Shown piece after piece: positions 20,055 to 28,967 of a DNA stretch of 53,876 nt. Below the pieces are notes generated by a model. The model did no database searches, had not been told where the DNA came from, and worked only from the letters and a program-made list of their open reading frames with translations. The stretch comes from an uncultured Clostridiaceae bacterium. GTDB taxonomy: Bacteria > Bacillota > Clostridia > Lutisporales > Lutisporaceae. The stretch is from positions 11,779 to 65,654 of the forward strand of contig CAZQHS010000001.1 of the NCBI GenBank assembly GCA_964593485.1, read 5' to 3'. Position numbers and translations under genes: made by a program. The stretch's first letter is position 1. Every line of letters begins with the position of its first letter.

Positions 20055-22040
20055 TTACACCCCGTAGCATTTTTCTTTAAGTTTTGATATCTCATCCCGC
20101 AACTGTGCCGCTCTTTCAAATTGCAAATTTTTTGCACAGTCCTTCATTTCTACCTCTAATACTTCTATAAGCTTTTCCATGTCTTTTTTATTTATTCTGC
20201 CTTTTTTATTCCTTGTCAAATATTCTGTATCATCTTCCGCTGTCTTTGTTGCTTCTATTATATCACGTATACCCTTGTGTATCGTTGTGGGAATTATACC
20301 GTGTTTATCATTATATTCTCTTTGAATATGCCTTCTGCGGTTGGTCTCACTTATGGCCTTTCTCATGGATTCTGTTATGCGGTCCGCATACATAATAACC
20401 TTGCCCTCTACATTACGTGCCGCTCTGCCTATTGTTTGTATCAGGGAAGTCTCGGATCTTAAAAATCCTTCTTTATCCGCATCTAAAATCGCCACCAACG
20501 ATACTTCAGGCAAGTCAAGGCCTTCCCTTAAAAGATTTATCCCTACCAAAACATCAAATTCCCCCAGCCTCAAATCTCTGATTATCTCCATTCTTTCCAA
20601 AGTATCAATATCCGAATGCAAATATCTCACTTTAATATCCAAATCCTTCAAATATGCTGTCAGGTCTTCCGCCATTTTTTTTGTCAATGTGGTTACAAGT
20701 ACCCTATGTTTTTTATCTACCCTATTTCTTATTTCACCTATAAGATGGTCAATTTGACCCTTCACCGGATACACTTCGATCTCAGGATCCACTAAGCCTG
20801 TGGGTCTTATGAGTTGTTCCACTACCTTACTGCATTTTTTTAGTTCGTATTCCGCAGGTGTTGCACTGAGAAAAATTGCATTGTTCAACTTACTTTCAAA
20901 TTCACCGAAATTCAGCGGCCTGTTATCCAATGCTGAGGGCAACCTGAAACCGTATTCCACAAGGTTTTGTTTTCTTGACCTATCGCCGAAATACATTCCC
21001 CGGACTTGGGGAATAGTGACATGGGATTCATCAATTATCATCAAGAAATCCTTGGGGAAAAAGTCCAATAATGTATATGGGGAGCTCCCGGGCTCCCTTC
21101 CGCTGATATGTCTGGAATAATTCTCTATACCGGAACAATAGCCTACTTCTTTCATCATCTCGATATCGAAATTGGTTCTTTGAAGAAGCCTTTGTGCCTC
21201 CAACAATTTATCTTGTTCTTTAAGTTCCTTGACCCTGTCTTCTAATTCAGATTCAATGGTGGTTACTGCGTTCATCAACTTTTCAAAAGTCGTAGCATAA
21301 TGGGATGCAGGATAAATATAAACGTGTTGTCGCTCGCCTATTATATTCCCTGTCAAAGAATCAAACTCAAGAATTCTATCAATTTCATCACCGAAAAAAT
21401 CTAATCTGATAGCCTTATCCGACGAAGCGGCGGGGAATATCTCCACCACATCTCCTCTGACCCTGAATGTTCCTCGAATAAAATTAATATCATTTCTATC
21501 GTATTGAATATCTACTAATTTCCTTATAATCTCATCTCTGTCTTTTAACATGCCTTTTCTTAAAGAAAGCATCAAGTTTTTATAGTCTTCCGGGTCACCA
21601 AGTCCGTAAATACATGACACGCTGGCTACAATTATCACATCTCTCCGTTCAAATAAAGCAGCAGTGGCTGAGTGCCTCAGCTTGTCTATTTCATCATTAA
21701 TCTGTGAATCTTTTTCTATATAAGTGTCCGTCTGTGCTATATACGCTTCGGGCTGATAATAATCGTAATAGCTGACAAAATATTCTACACAATTATTGGG
21801 GAAAAACTCTTTGAATTCACTGCATAATTGAGCCGCCAAAGTTTTATTATGTGCCAGTATCAATGTAGGTACTTGAAGGCGTTCTATAACATTGGCCATG
21901 GTAAAAGTTTTACCGGAGCCCGTTACACCTTTCAAAGTTAAAAATCTTTCACCTTTTTTTAAGCTCCGGATTAACGCATCTATAGCATCAGGTTGATCCC
22001 CTGTGGGTTTAAAATCAGATACTATTTTTAGTTCAGACAT
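20055..22040 (-). CDS. uvrB: Excinuclease ABC subunit B
   Basis: 661 aa with helicase motifs GVTGSGKT and DESH, and a C-terminal UVR domain ([11 protein letters not shown]). Confidence 0.98.
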   Translation of the reverse strand: MSELKIVSDFKPTGDQPDAIDALIRSLKKGERFLTLKGVTGSGKTFTMANVIERLQVPTLILAHNKTLAAQLCSEFKEFFPNNCVEYFVSYYDYYQPEAYIAQTDTYIEKDSQINDEIDKLRHSATAALFERRDVIIVASVSCIYGLGDPEDYKNLMLSLRKGMLKDRDEIIRKLVDIQYDRNDINFIRGTFRVRGDVVEIFPAASSDKAIRLDFFGDEIDRILEFDSLTGNIIGERQHVYIYPASHYATTFEKLMNAVTTIESELEDRVKELKEQDKLLEAQRLLQRTNFDIEMMKEVGYCSGIENYSRHISGREPGSSPYTLLDFFPKDFLMIIDESHVTIPQVRGMYFGDRSRKQNLVEYGFRLPSALDNRPLNFGEFESKLNNAIFLSATPAEYELKKCSKVVEQLIRPTGLVDPEIEVYPVKGQIDHLIGEIRNRVDKKHRVLVTTLTKKMAEDLTAYLKDLDIKVRYLHSDIDTLERMEIIRDLRLGEFDVLVGINLLREGLDLPEVSLVAILDADKEGFLRSETSLIQTIGRAARNVEGKVIMYADRITESMRKAISETNRRRHIQREYNDKHGIIPTTIHKGIRDIIEATKTAEDDTEYLTRNKKGRINKKDMEKLIEVLEVEMKDCAKNLQFERAAQLRDEISKLKEKCYGV

Positions 22041-22138
22041 ATATTTTTATTACCCTCCGATTGCTTTTTGATAAACAAAAATATTGCATGCAATTAAATT
22101 TAACACACAATACTTTCTCTATCAACTTGTAAAATTCA

Positions 22139-22152
22139 GGAACAGGTGTTCG
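22139..22152. promoter_or_regulatory. LexA (Cheo/SOS) box upstream of uvrB
   Basis: On the minus strand this reads CGAACACCTGTTCC. It matches the Gram-positive SOS box CGAAC-N4-GTTCG at both GAAC/GTTC half-sites and starts 5 nt downstream of the -10 element. Confidence 0.75.
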
Positions 22153-22157
22153 TAAAA

Positions 22158-22186
22158 ATTATACAGCTTTACCACCTAATTGTCAA
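22158..22186 (-). promoter_or_regulatory. Consensus sigma-A promoter of uvrBA
   Basis: On the minus strand: TTGACA (22186-22181), a 17-nt spacer, then TATAAT (22163-22158). Both hexamers are perfect consensus. Confidence 0.75.
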
Positions 22187-22287
22187 ATTGAAGATTTGTT
22201 GTGTTTATAGCAAGCAATAGTTGGCAAACTAAAGTCTACTATTATATTTGATATGATTGCTGAGTTACAAGGCTAAAGGACTGTAGG

Positions 22288-22319
22288 CTCACTACGGGCG
22301 AAATCAAAATTTCTCAGTT
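22288..22319 (-). repeat. 32-bp repeat (ATTTTGATTTCGCCCG family), copy A
   Basis: The reverse complement AACTGAGAAATTTTGATTTCGCCCGTAGTGAG matches 31481-31512 at 29 of 32 positions (hand alignment). Confidence 0.7.
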
Positions 22320-22389
22320 AAATTATATATTTAGCAAATGCAATTCCTTTAGTTGGTGTGATTTAGCTTCCTTTCCTCAACGCAATCTT

Positions 22390-22446
22390 TATCAAATACT
22401 AATATTCTTTTATAGAAAAGTACAAATTTATACAATGTGTGAACAG
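22390..22446 (+). repeat. TATCAAATACTAATATT ... GTGAACA module, copy A
   Basis: The 17-mer TATCAAATACTAATATT (22390-22406) is identical to 43434-43450. Both are followed within 20-32 nt by GTGAACA. Confidence 0.65.
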
Positions 22447-22460
22447 TTGCTAATTTTATT

Positions 22461-22580
22461 ACTGTTCATACGGTCTTGATGTTATCCTGAGCATTGCGAA
22501 GGATCTTAAGACTTATCGGTAAGTCTCGACAGTGACATTTATTATAGCAATAAAAGGCAGTTAGATAATGCGTGAACAAT
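22461..22580 (-). repeat. 120-bp MITE-like element with terminal inverted repeats; inverted copy of 48612-48731
   Basis: It runs from ACTGTTCATA to GTGAACAAT. An ungapped hand alignment to the reverse complement of 48612-48731 gives about 108 of 120 identities. Internal small hairpins are ATCCT..AGGAT and AGACTT..AAGTCT. Confidence 0.8.
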
Positions 22581-22622
22581 AACTAACCTTGCATAAAATT
22601 TCAGTAAACTTTATTTTTCCTC

Positions 22623-22651
22623 TTGCATAAACTTTAATAATAATGTAATAT
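22623..22651 (+). promoter_or_regulatory. Candidate sigma-A promoter for the small plus-strand ORF
   Basis: TTGCAT (22623-22628), a 17-nt spacer, then TAATAT (22646-22651). This would give a leader of about 210 nt before the ATG at 22871. Confidence 0.45.
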
Positions 22652-22870
22652 TATTAGCATGTGATTAATATAAATATTAAAGAAATCCTATATCGGCTGA
22701 TGAAGATATGTAAATAAAGCTGACAAACTATTGACGAATACTTGCCTGGAACCTTCAATCGGAGGGCTGATAGCCAATATAGGAAAAAAGAAAACTGATA
22801 GAAAAACAATTAAAATTACGTCATTGAAAAAATTACAGTAATTAAAGTAAAAATGCAAGGAGGCATTAAT

Positions 22871-23044
22871 ATGAATAAAGATTTAAACAATTTCCCCGAT
22901 AATTTTAAAAATGGCAAGGACAAGGTTTGGACTATATACAAATACTCGGAGAGTATCAGTTATAAAGATAACTCGGCGTTGGAAGAACTCTTGGACTTTA
23001 CCATGAAATGCAAAACAGTTAAAAATGAAAAGAAAAGTTTATAA
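22871..23044 (+). CDS. Small hypothetical protein (57 aa)
   Basis: The ATG at 22871 is preceded by AAGGAGG (22857-22863), and a strong terminator follows. No recognisable family. Confidence 0.45.
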   Translation: MNKDLNNFPDNFKNGKDKVWTIYKYSESISYKDNSALEELLDFTMKCKTVKNEKKSL

Positions 23045-23054
23045 TAATTTAAAT

Positions 23055-23140
23055 AAATCTTGTTAATTTGTTCTATTTGGCTTTAGCTAATTTAATGTAA
23101 TTTTAAATCTACTCCAAATAGAACAAGCCACACAAGATTT
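23055..23140. terminator. Bidirectional terminator between convergent genes
   Basis: Perfect 13-bp inverted repeat TTGTTCTATTTGG (23068-23080) / CCAAATAGAACAA (23114-23126), plus an outer 9-bp stem AAATCTTGT (23055-23063) / ACAAGATTT (23132-23140). Both sides are T-rich. Confidence 0.7.
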
Positions 23141-23148
23141 ATATTTTT

Positions 23149-24423
23149 TTATTTCGTGCCAAAAATGTTCTTAATCCAACTTTTTAATTTATCAAAAATA
23201 GGATTATCCTTTTTTAATTCAAAATATTTACTTGGTCTTTCAGTAGCAAAAATAATACCTAAATTTCCTATCCCTTTTGCATAATCTTTAAATTCTATTG
23301 ATTCTACTCTGCCATTTTGCCTTTCTATATTCATCCATATATATGAAGGATATTCTTCCAAGATTTCATTTAAATGCTCTTCATTCATGATGTCATTATT
23401 GTTTATGCTTAAAACAATATCACCGGATTCTATACCCATTTTATAAGCCGGTGAATCCTTTATTGAATATAATACCTTTATACCTTTTTCAACAGGGGCA
23501 AAATAACGTTCACCCTGTTCTTCTTCTTTTTGTCCGTATAATATCAGTAACTCGTGGCCAATGGGTGCGAATAATGCTGCTATATAGGCAAATACTTTTA
23601 GCTTTGAAGCAACAATGCATAAGGCTAATAAAACAAAGCTATAAATAGAAAGCCTTAAAGCCGATTCCTTGCACCTTGATGTGGGGCTTTTTGTTATTGC
23701 TATATCCCCGTACCCTAAAACTACAGGTATGGGTTGAAGTATATAGATTAAATCCTTTGTCTGATCAACATCTCCAAAAATTTTTATTATAGGCCACCAA
23801 TCCGGCATGGATACCGAGTCTCCCATACCCCCGGCAATAAAAGCAACAAAAAATATGACTACGGGTAAGGGCCATATTCTATTCATAAGGAACCCACCCA
23901 CCACCTCACCGGTTTTTAATTTGAAAAACCCGGGTATAGCATTGGAATGGCCGTCTATCAAAATCAATAAGCTTTCTGCTAAATGAAGAATACCCACCAA
24001 AGCCAAAATGCCTATAGCGTTAATCTTAGGATATCCCGTGGTGAGGTTTAGCAAAGCCACGATACCCCCCGCATATGAAAAACATAGATATCGTTGATTT
24101 AACAAAGAAAGAAGCAAAGCTATAACCCATATATATATTATTTCCGAGCTGAACACACCCTTTTCAGGGACATACTGTTCTATTGTTATACCAAGAAAAA
24201 CTGAAATGCCGCTGCCCAATATCCCTGCCAAGAGTCCTGCCAACAGCGAATTTACAACCCTTTTCCAAAGGGGTTCATTGTACCCGATTGCTTCATACTC
24301 TAATTTAAAATTCTTCTTATAAATCAAAGACGTGATAATAATAATAAGCCAAAATAGCGGATTAAACATCATGGAGCCAATAGCCGCCAGAGACATACCC
24401 GCTACCTTAAAAAAAGTATTCAT
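23149..24423 (-). CDS. Polytopic membrane protein with C-terminal PDZ domain
   Basis: 424 aa with about 8 hydrophobic segments, then a PDZ-like segment (GIESGDIVLSINN). It lies directly downstream of ctpA. Confidence 0.8.
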   Translation of the reverse strand: MNTFFKVAGMSLAAIGSMMFNPLFWLIIIITSLIYKKNFKLEYEAIGYNEPLWKRVVNSLLAGLLAGILGSGISVFLGITIEQYVPEKGVFSSEIIYIWVIALLLSLLNQRYLCFSYAGGIVALLNLTTGYPKINAIGILALVGILHLAESLLILIDGHSNAIPGFFKLKTGEVVGGFLMNRIWPLPVVIFFVAFIAGGMGDSVSMPDWWPIIKIFGDVDQTKDLIYILQPIPVVLGYGDIAITKSPTSRCKESALRLSIYSFVLLALCIVASKLKVFAYIAALFAPIGHELLILYGQKEEEQGERYFAPVEKGIKVLYSIKDSPAYKMGIESGDIVLSINNNDIMNEEHLNEILEEYPSYIWMNIERQNGRVESIEFKDYAKGIGNLGIIFATERPSKYFELKKDNPIFDKLKSWIKNIFGTK

Positions 24424-24435
24424 ATTGTACCCCGT

Positions 24436-25635
24436 TTAATCTATAATTTTGCGTAATTCTCCTACAGCACGTTCAAGTTGTAAATCTTTAACGTCACCTG
24501 TATTTTTATCTTCTGTTTCATCAAATGCAGCAACGCTGATATCCGGCTCAATTCCTATTTTATTAATGCTTATGCCGTTTGGCGTAAAGTACCTTTGAGT
24601 TGTAAGCTTAAACCCGGAACCGTCATTGAGCTTTTCCACAGTTTGCACCAAACCCTTACCAAAGGTTTTTTCGCCTATTATAAGTCCCTCTTTCCTATCC
24701 TTCACCGCACCAGCAACGATTTCCGAAGCACTTGCACTACCTCCGTCTACAAGCAAAACATAGGGTACACTCACTTTTCCTTCTTTAGAATAAGTTATAT
24801 CCCTATTTTTATATTTGTCTTCCGTATAAAATATAATTCCCTTATCAAGGAGCTCGTCGGCCACATCAATGCATTGTTTTACAAATCCGCCGGGGTTTTG
24901 CCGCAAGTCAATAATAAGTCCCTTTATTGTATTCGTATCAACTTCTTTTATGGCTTTTTTAAATTCTTTACCCGTATCCTGGTCAAACATGCTTATCCTT
25001 ATGTATGCGATATCTTCTTCTAAAGTTTCGGATTTTACGGTTTTTAAAACGATTTCTTCCCTTTTTATTTCAATTATTACAGGTAATTCTTTGTCATCTC
25101 TTATAATTGTAAGCTTTACCTTTGTTCCCTTCTTGCCCTTCATCAAAGAGGTGGCCTTATCCAAGCCTATTCCCATTGTATCTATATCATCAACCTTTAT
25201 AATTCTATCCCCGGTTCTCAGTCCAGCTTTATCTCCCGGAGTATCTTCTATAGGTGCAACTACAGTTACATATCCGTCTTTTTCCGTTACTATTACACCT
25301 ATTCCGCCATAAATACCGGATGTAGATTCATTAAAATCTTTGAACTCCACTTCATTCATATATATTGAATAAGGATCGTCCAAAGAATTAAATAAGCCCT
25401 TTACGGCTCCTTCCATTAATACTTCACTGTCTATAAATTCAAAGTAATTCTTATCTATATACTTTTTCAATGAAAGAAGTTTTTTGCTGTCTTGTAATAC
25501 CCGGTAATCACTCTTCGTAACAACAACTTTATCACCAACAGTAATGGATATGTAGTTAGCTATTGTAAAAGTCAATAATCCAGTAATCAAGATTGTCATG
25601 ACCAAGCAAAAAATAAAATGTTTCCTTTTAATCAT
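24436..25635 (-). CDS. ctpA: Carboxy-terminal processing protease (peptidase S41)
   Basis: 399 aa with a signal anchor, PDZ (GDRIIKVDD) and S41 motifs DLRQNPGG and GGSASASEI. Confidence 0.93.
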   Translation of the reverse strand: MIKRKHFIFCLVMTILITGLLTFTIANYISITVGDKVVVTKSDYRVLQDSKKLLSLKKYIDKNYFEFIDSEVLMEGAVKGLFNSLDDPYSIYMNEVEFKDFNESTSGIYGGIGVIVTEKDGYVTVVAPIEDTPGDKAGLRTGDRIIKVDDIDTMGIGLDKATSLMKGKKGTKVKLTIIRDDKELPVIIEIKREEIVLKTVKSETLEEDIAYIRISMFDQDTGKEFKKAIKEVDTNTIKGLIIDLRQNPGGFVKQCIDVADELLDKGIIFYTEDKYKNRDITYSKEGKVSVPYVLLVDGGSASASEIVAGAVKDRKEGLIIGEKTFGKGLVQTVEKLNDGSGFKLTTQRYFTPNGISINKIGIEPDISVAAFDETEDKNTGDVKDLQLERAVGELRKIID

Positions 25636-25739
25636 AGATTCACCCCGTAAAGCAATATCTCAAAATATTTTAATTCCATTAATATTCTATTACATAAGTA
25701 TATCATTAATACTGTTTATTAATCAAAATATGAATCAAT

Positions 25740-26165
25740 TTATTGTCCGTTTTTGCATTTCCTGCATATACCATAGATTTCGAACTTATGATCCTCCGCT
25801 TCAAAACCTAATTCTTCTAATTCACGAATCTCCATTTCCTTAAAAGGACATAGATCTATTTCTTTTACTTTCCCGCACAATTTGCAGATTATGTGATGGC
25901 GATGCTTCCCTGTTGACAATTCGTAATAATTAAAACTATCATCTAAGCTGATTTTATTTATAATATTTAAATCTAAAAACAACTCAAGATTTCTGTAAAC
26001 CGTGGAAAAGTTTATTTTAGGGTCTATATCCGATACCATGTTAAAAACTTCATTAGCCTTGTGGGGCCTTGTCTGTTTACAAATTACATCAAGGATTGTT
26101 TTTCTTTGAGAGGTATTTTTGTAACCGTTTTCCTTTAATATGTCCGTGGCCTTTTTCATATCCAT
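25740..26165 (-). CDS. zur: Fur-family metalloregulator, probably Zur
   Basis: 141 aa with a winged-helix N-terminus (TSQRKTILDV), metal sites HRHHIICKLCG and CRKC, and operon context with znuCB. Confidence 0.85.
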   Translation of the reverse strand: MDMKKATDILKENGYKNTSQRKTILDVICKQTRPHKANEVFNMVSDIDPKINFSTVYRNLELFLDLNIINKISLDDSFNYYELSTGKHRHHIICKLCGKVKEIDLCPFKEMEIRELEELGFEAEDHKFEIYGICRKCKNGQ

Positions 26166-26188
26166 GTTTTCACCGCCATTTTTTATTC

Positions 26189-26995
26189 CTAAGACTTTTT
26201 AACCCTGTTGTAAATAAGAACGATAATTAACATTAAAACAGAAAGTAAAACAATAGCACCTCCGGATGCGATATCCAAATAATATGACAATAATAAGCCG
26301 AATATAACTGAAATCAAAGCAAAAGCCATTGATAAAAGTAAGGAGTTTTTAAATCCTTTACCCACTTGAATTGCAGTAGCCACAGGCAAAACCAACAAGG
26401 AAGACACCATAAAAACACCCACTATTCTCATTGATACGACTATTGTAAAAGAAGTAAGCATAGTAATATAAATATTAAGAAATGAAGCGGATATCCCTGA
26501 TACTTGGGCACCTTCCTCGTCAAAGGCTATATAAAAAAGCTTATGATAAAGGAATATGACAGAAAAGATTATTATTACACTTAAGAAAAGCATAGCATAT
26601 ATATCCTGCAAGCTGACTGCAGCTATGCTACCAAACAAATAACCCATCAAATCTGCATTATACCCTTTTGACAAGCCAATAAAAAGCACTGCTAAACCAA
26701 TTCCCGTTGATAACACAATGGAGTTTGATAATTCACCGTAGCCACTAAAAGATTTTCTCAGTCTTTCAATGGCAAAAGCTGCTATTACAGAAAATAATAA
26801 AGCTCCCCAAAAAGGGTAAAATCCGAACAGCATACCTGCAGCAATACCTGCCAATGATGCATGAGATAACGTATCACCAATCATCGATAATCTTTTTAAC
26901 ACTATAAATATGCCAATTAGTGGACATGTAATTGCTACCATCACTCCTGCTACAAAAGCTCTCTGCATAAACCCGTATTGAAGAATTTCTATCAA
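26189..26995 (-). CDS. znuB: Metal (Zn/Mn-type) ABC transporter permease
   Basis: ABC-3 family membrane protein. The start is set at the TTG at 26995, giving (M)IEILQYGFMQRAF, a typical ZnuB N-terminus, and avoiding overlap with znuC. Confidence 0.88.
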   Translation of the reverse strand: MIEILQYGFMQRAFVAGVMVAITCPLIGIFIVLKRLSMIGDTLSHASLAGIAAGMLFGFYPFWGALLFSVIAAFAIERLRKSFSGYGELSNSIVLSTGIGLAVLFIGLSKGYNADLMGYLFGSIAAVSLQDIYAMLFLSVIIIFSVIFLYHKLFYIAFDEEGAQVSGISASFLNIYITMLTSFTIVVSMRIVGVFMVSSLLVLPVATAIQVGKGFKNSLLLSMAFALISVIFGLLLSYYLDIASGGAIVLLSVLMLIIVLIYNRVKKS

Positions 26996-27011
26996 CCTTT
27001 CCCCTTCCCTT

Positions 27012-27701
27012 CTATTCCAACATATCGGCACATTGTTCCGACATGTGACCATCGGTTAGACAAAACACTTTGTTAACCATGCTCTTAATGTCCGTGTAAT
27101 CATGGGTTACCATTATTATTGTTATGCCTTTATCATTATTTAACTCATTTAGCAAATTGTAAAATTCTTTCTCCGACTTATTATCAATTCCTGCCGTAGG
27201 TTCATCCATGAAAACCATGGAAGGGTTATTTATCAACGCCTTTGCAATAAACACCCTTTGTTGTTGGCCTACCGATAATCTGCCTATCAGCCTGTCATTG
27301 TAATCCTGCATTCCTACGATGCCTAAAGCTTTATCGGTTAAATCCCCTATCTGCCTTTTATCTCTATTAAATAATTTTGATTTTGCATAAAGAGGTGCTC
27401 TTACCACCTCTTCAACTGTTGCGGGAAAACCTTTGTTAAAAGCATCTATCCTTTGTGATACATAACCAATCTTATCCCTATCATTAAACTCATTAACGGG
27501 TTTACCGAATAGTTCAATTTCTCCTTCTTGGGGGTTAAGCAATCCTAAACAAATTTTTAATAAGGTACTTTTGCCGGAACCGTTTGCCCCTATTATCACT
27601 GAAAAATCTCCATTGTTTATTGTAAAATTACATTTCTCCAATATAACACTATTCCCGTATTTAAATGATATATTCTTACCAACGAGTACGGCCTCTTTCA
27701 T
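27012..27701 (-). CDS. znuC: Metal ABC transporter ATP-binding protein
   Basis: 229 aa with Walker A GANGSGKST, signature LSVGQQQR and Walker B VFMDEP. Confidence 0.9.
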   Translation of the reverse strand: MKEAVLVGKNISFKYGNSVILEKCNFTINNGDFSVIIGANGSGKSTLLKICLGLLNPQEGEIELFGKPVNEFNDRDKIGYVSQRIDAFNKGFPATVEEVVRAPLYAKSKLFNRDKRQIGDLTDKALGIVGMQDYNDRLIGRLSVGQQQRVFIAKALINNPSMVFMDEPTAGIDNKSEKEFYNLLNELNNDKGITIIMVTHDYTDIKSMVNKVFCLTDGHMSEQCADMLE

Positions 27702-27729
27702 CTATCCATCCGCCTTCATAAAATCTTAT

Positions 27730-27744
27730 TGCAAATCATTTGCA
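27730..27744. promoter_or_regulatory. Candidate Zur/Fur-family operator
   Basis: Perfect 7-1-7 palindrome TGCAAAT-C-ATTTGCA, located 5 nt downstream of the putative -10 of the znuC promoter. Confidence 0.55.
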
Positions 27745-27749
27745 TTTAC

Positions 27750-27778
27750 ATTCTATGCTATTGTAAAAAATTATGCAA
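27750..27778 (-). promoter_or_regulatory. Candidate sigma-A promoter of znuC-znuB-zur
   Basis: On the minus strand: TTGCAT (27778-27773), a 17-nt spacer, then TAGAAT (27755-27750). Confidence 0.5.
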
Positions 27779-27780
27779 TA

Positions 27781-27804
27781 AAAAATCCCCTTTCGGGGTT
27801 TTTT
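27781..27804 (-). terminator. Terminator candidate after the M23 peptidase gene
   Basis: CCCC-TTTC-GGGG hairpin extended by A/T pairs, followed by a T-run on the minus strand. It overlaps the stop at 27803. The stem is short, so this is a moderate call. Confidence 0.5.
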
Positions 27805-28951
27805 ATTTTTTCTTCTTAGTTACATAAGGCAGCGGATCTACGGGACTACCATTTATCCTTACCTCAAAATGAACATGAGGTCCTGTAGACAAACCGGTAC
27901 TGCCGCACAATGCTACCGTTTGTCCTCTGACAACGACATCTCCATCTTTTACCAAAAGTTTGGAGTTATGTGCATATAAAGTGGAGGTTTTTCCCCCATG
28001 GTCAATTATAACTGCTTTGCCGTATCCTCCGTAAGTTCCGGAGAATATTACTTTACCGTCGTTAGCGGCAACAACATTTTTACCTAAAGGAACTTTTATA
28101 TCAATACCTGTATGTAGTTTATTCTTATTCAAAATTGGATGGAGTCTATACCCAAAATAAGAGTTAATTGCCGTATATCCCGGTGCAGGCCACGCCATGT
28201 CTCCGCCTACATATTTATCGTTGGATTGCAGTGCAAGTATCTTTTTTGTAAGTTCTGCGGATTCTTCTAATAGCTTGTCCTCTAATTTTTCAAGCTCCAC
28301 CAGATCTTTAAATACCTTTTTCAATGTTTCTTTTTTTGTTTCTTGGGTAGCTTCAACTTCATTCTTTTTCTCACAAAGAACCGTTTTTAATCTCTCTGTC
28401 TCTTGCTGTTCGGTTTCTAACTGTATCTTTTTTTCATCGATTAAATCTCTGTATGTTTTTCTTTCTTTCAACACATTTACGTCATAATTTATAATTTTTC
28501 TTAATAAATCCATCCTTGATATGAAGTTGCTGAAGCTTTTTGAGTTTAATAATACTGATAAATAGCCCATGGAGCCGTTTTGATACATTACCCTGACTCT
28601 TTTGTTCATCAGTTCTCTTTGCTTCTCCGCATCATCAACTGCCCTATCATATTCTCTTTGGGTTACGGCTACTTTGCCTTCTAAGTCTGATAATAATTCC
28701 TCAACAGCTTCCAGTTCTTTTTCAGATATACAAAGTTTCTTTTCCAACTCTTCAATCTGATTTGAAAGGGTTCTTTTTTCTTTTTCTTTTTGAGTTTTTT
28801 GGCTTTTTGTCAGCTCGATTTTTTTGTTTATTTCGTCTTTATCCTTCTGTAATCTATTTATGTCATCAGGGTTTAGCCCATACCCGTATACTTGAAAAGT
28901 AGATAAGAGTAAACTAAACACTAATATAAAGACAGTCATTCTTTTTTTCAC
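27803..28951 (-). CDS. M23 family metallopeptidase with long N-terminal coiled coil (EnvC/PcsB-like partner of FtsEX)
   Basis: Signal peptide, about 230 aa of heptad-rich coiled coil, and a C-terminal LytM domain (HTGIDI, GPHVHFEV). The start is set at the GTG at 28951, 9 nt after AGGAGG. Confidence 0.9.
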   Translation of the reverse strand: MKKRMTVFILVFSLLLSTFQVYGYGLNPDDINRLQKDKDEINKKIELTKSQKTQKEKEKRTLSNQIEELEKKLCISEKELEAVEELLSDLEGKVAVTQREYDRAVDDAEKQRELMNKRVRVMYQNGSMGYLSVLLNSKSFSNFISRMDLLRKIINYDVNVLKERKTYRDLIDEKKIQLETEQQETERLKTVLCEKKNEVEATQETKKETLKKVFKDLVELEKLEDKLLEESAELTKKILALQSNDKYVGGDMAWPAPGYTAINSYFGYRLHPILNKNKLHTGIDIKVPLGKNVVAANDGKVIFSGTYGGYGKAVIIDHGGKTSTLYAHNSKLLVKDGDVVVRGQTVALCGSTGLSTGPHVHFEVRINGSPVDPLPYVTKKKK

Positions 28952-28967
28952 TTTTTCCAACCTCCTA

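Noticed and set aside
22687-22783. Leader helix compared with known riboswitch classes (c-di-GMP I/II, fluoride, guanidine, preQ1, ZTP, PRPP)
   Set aside because: None of the conserved cores I can recall is present. It is kept only as a low-score unknown-structure candidate.
23149-24423. PDZ membrane protein considered as a site-2 (RseP/SpoIVFB-type) metalloprotease
   Set aside because: The only HExxH-like string is HELLI, which lacks the second His. It also lies after, not before, the only LDG-like motif, so the catalytic signature is absent.
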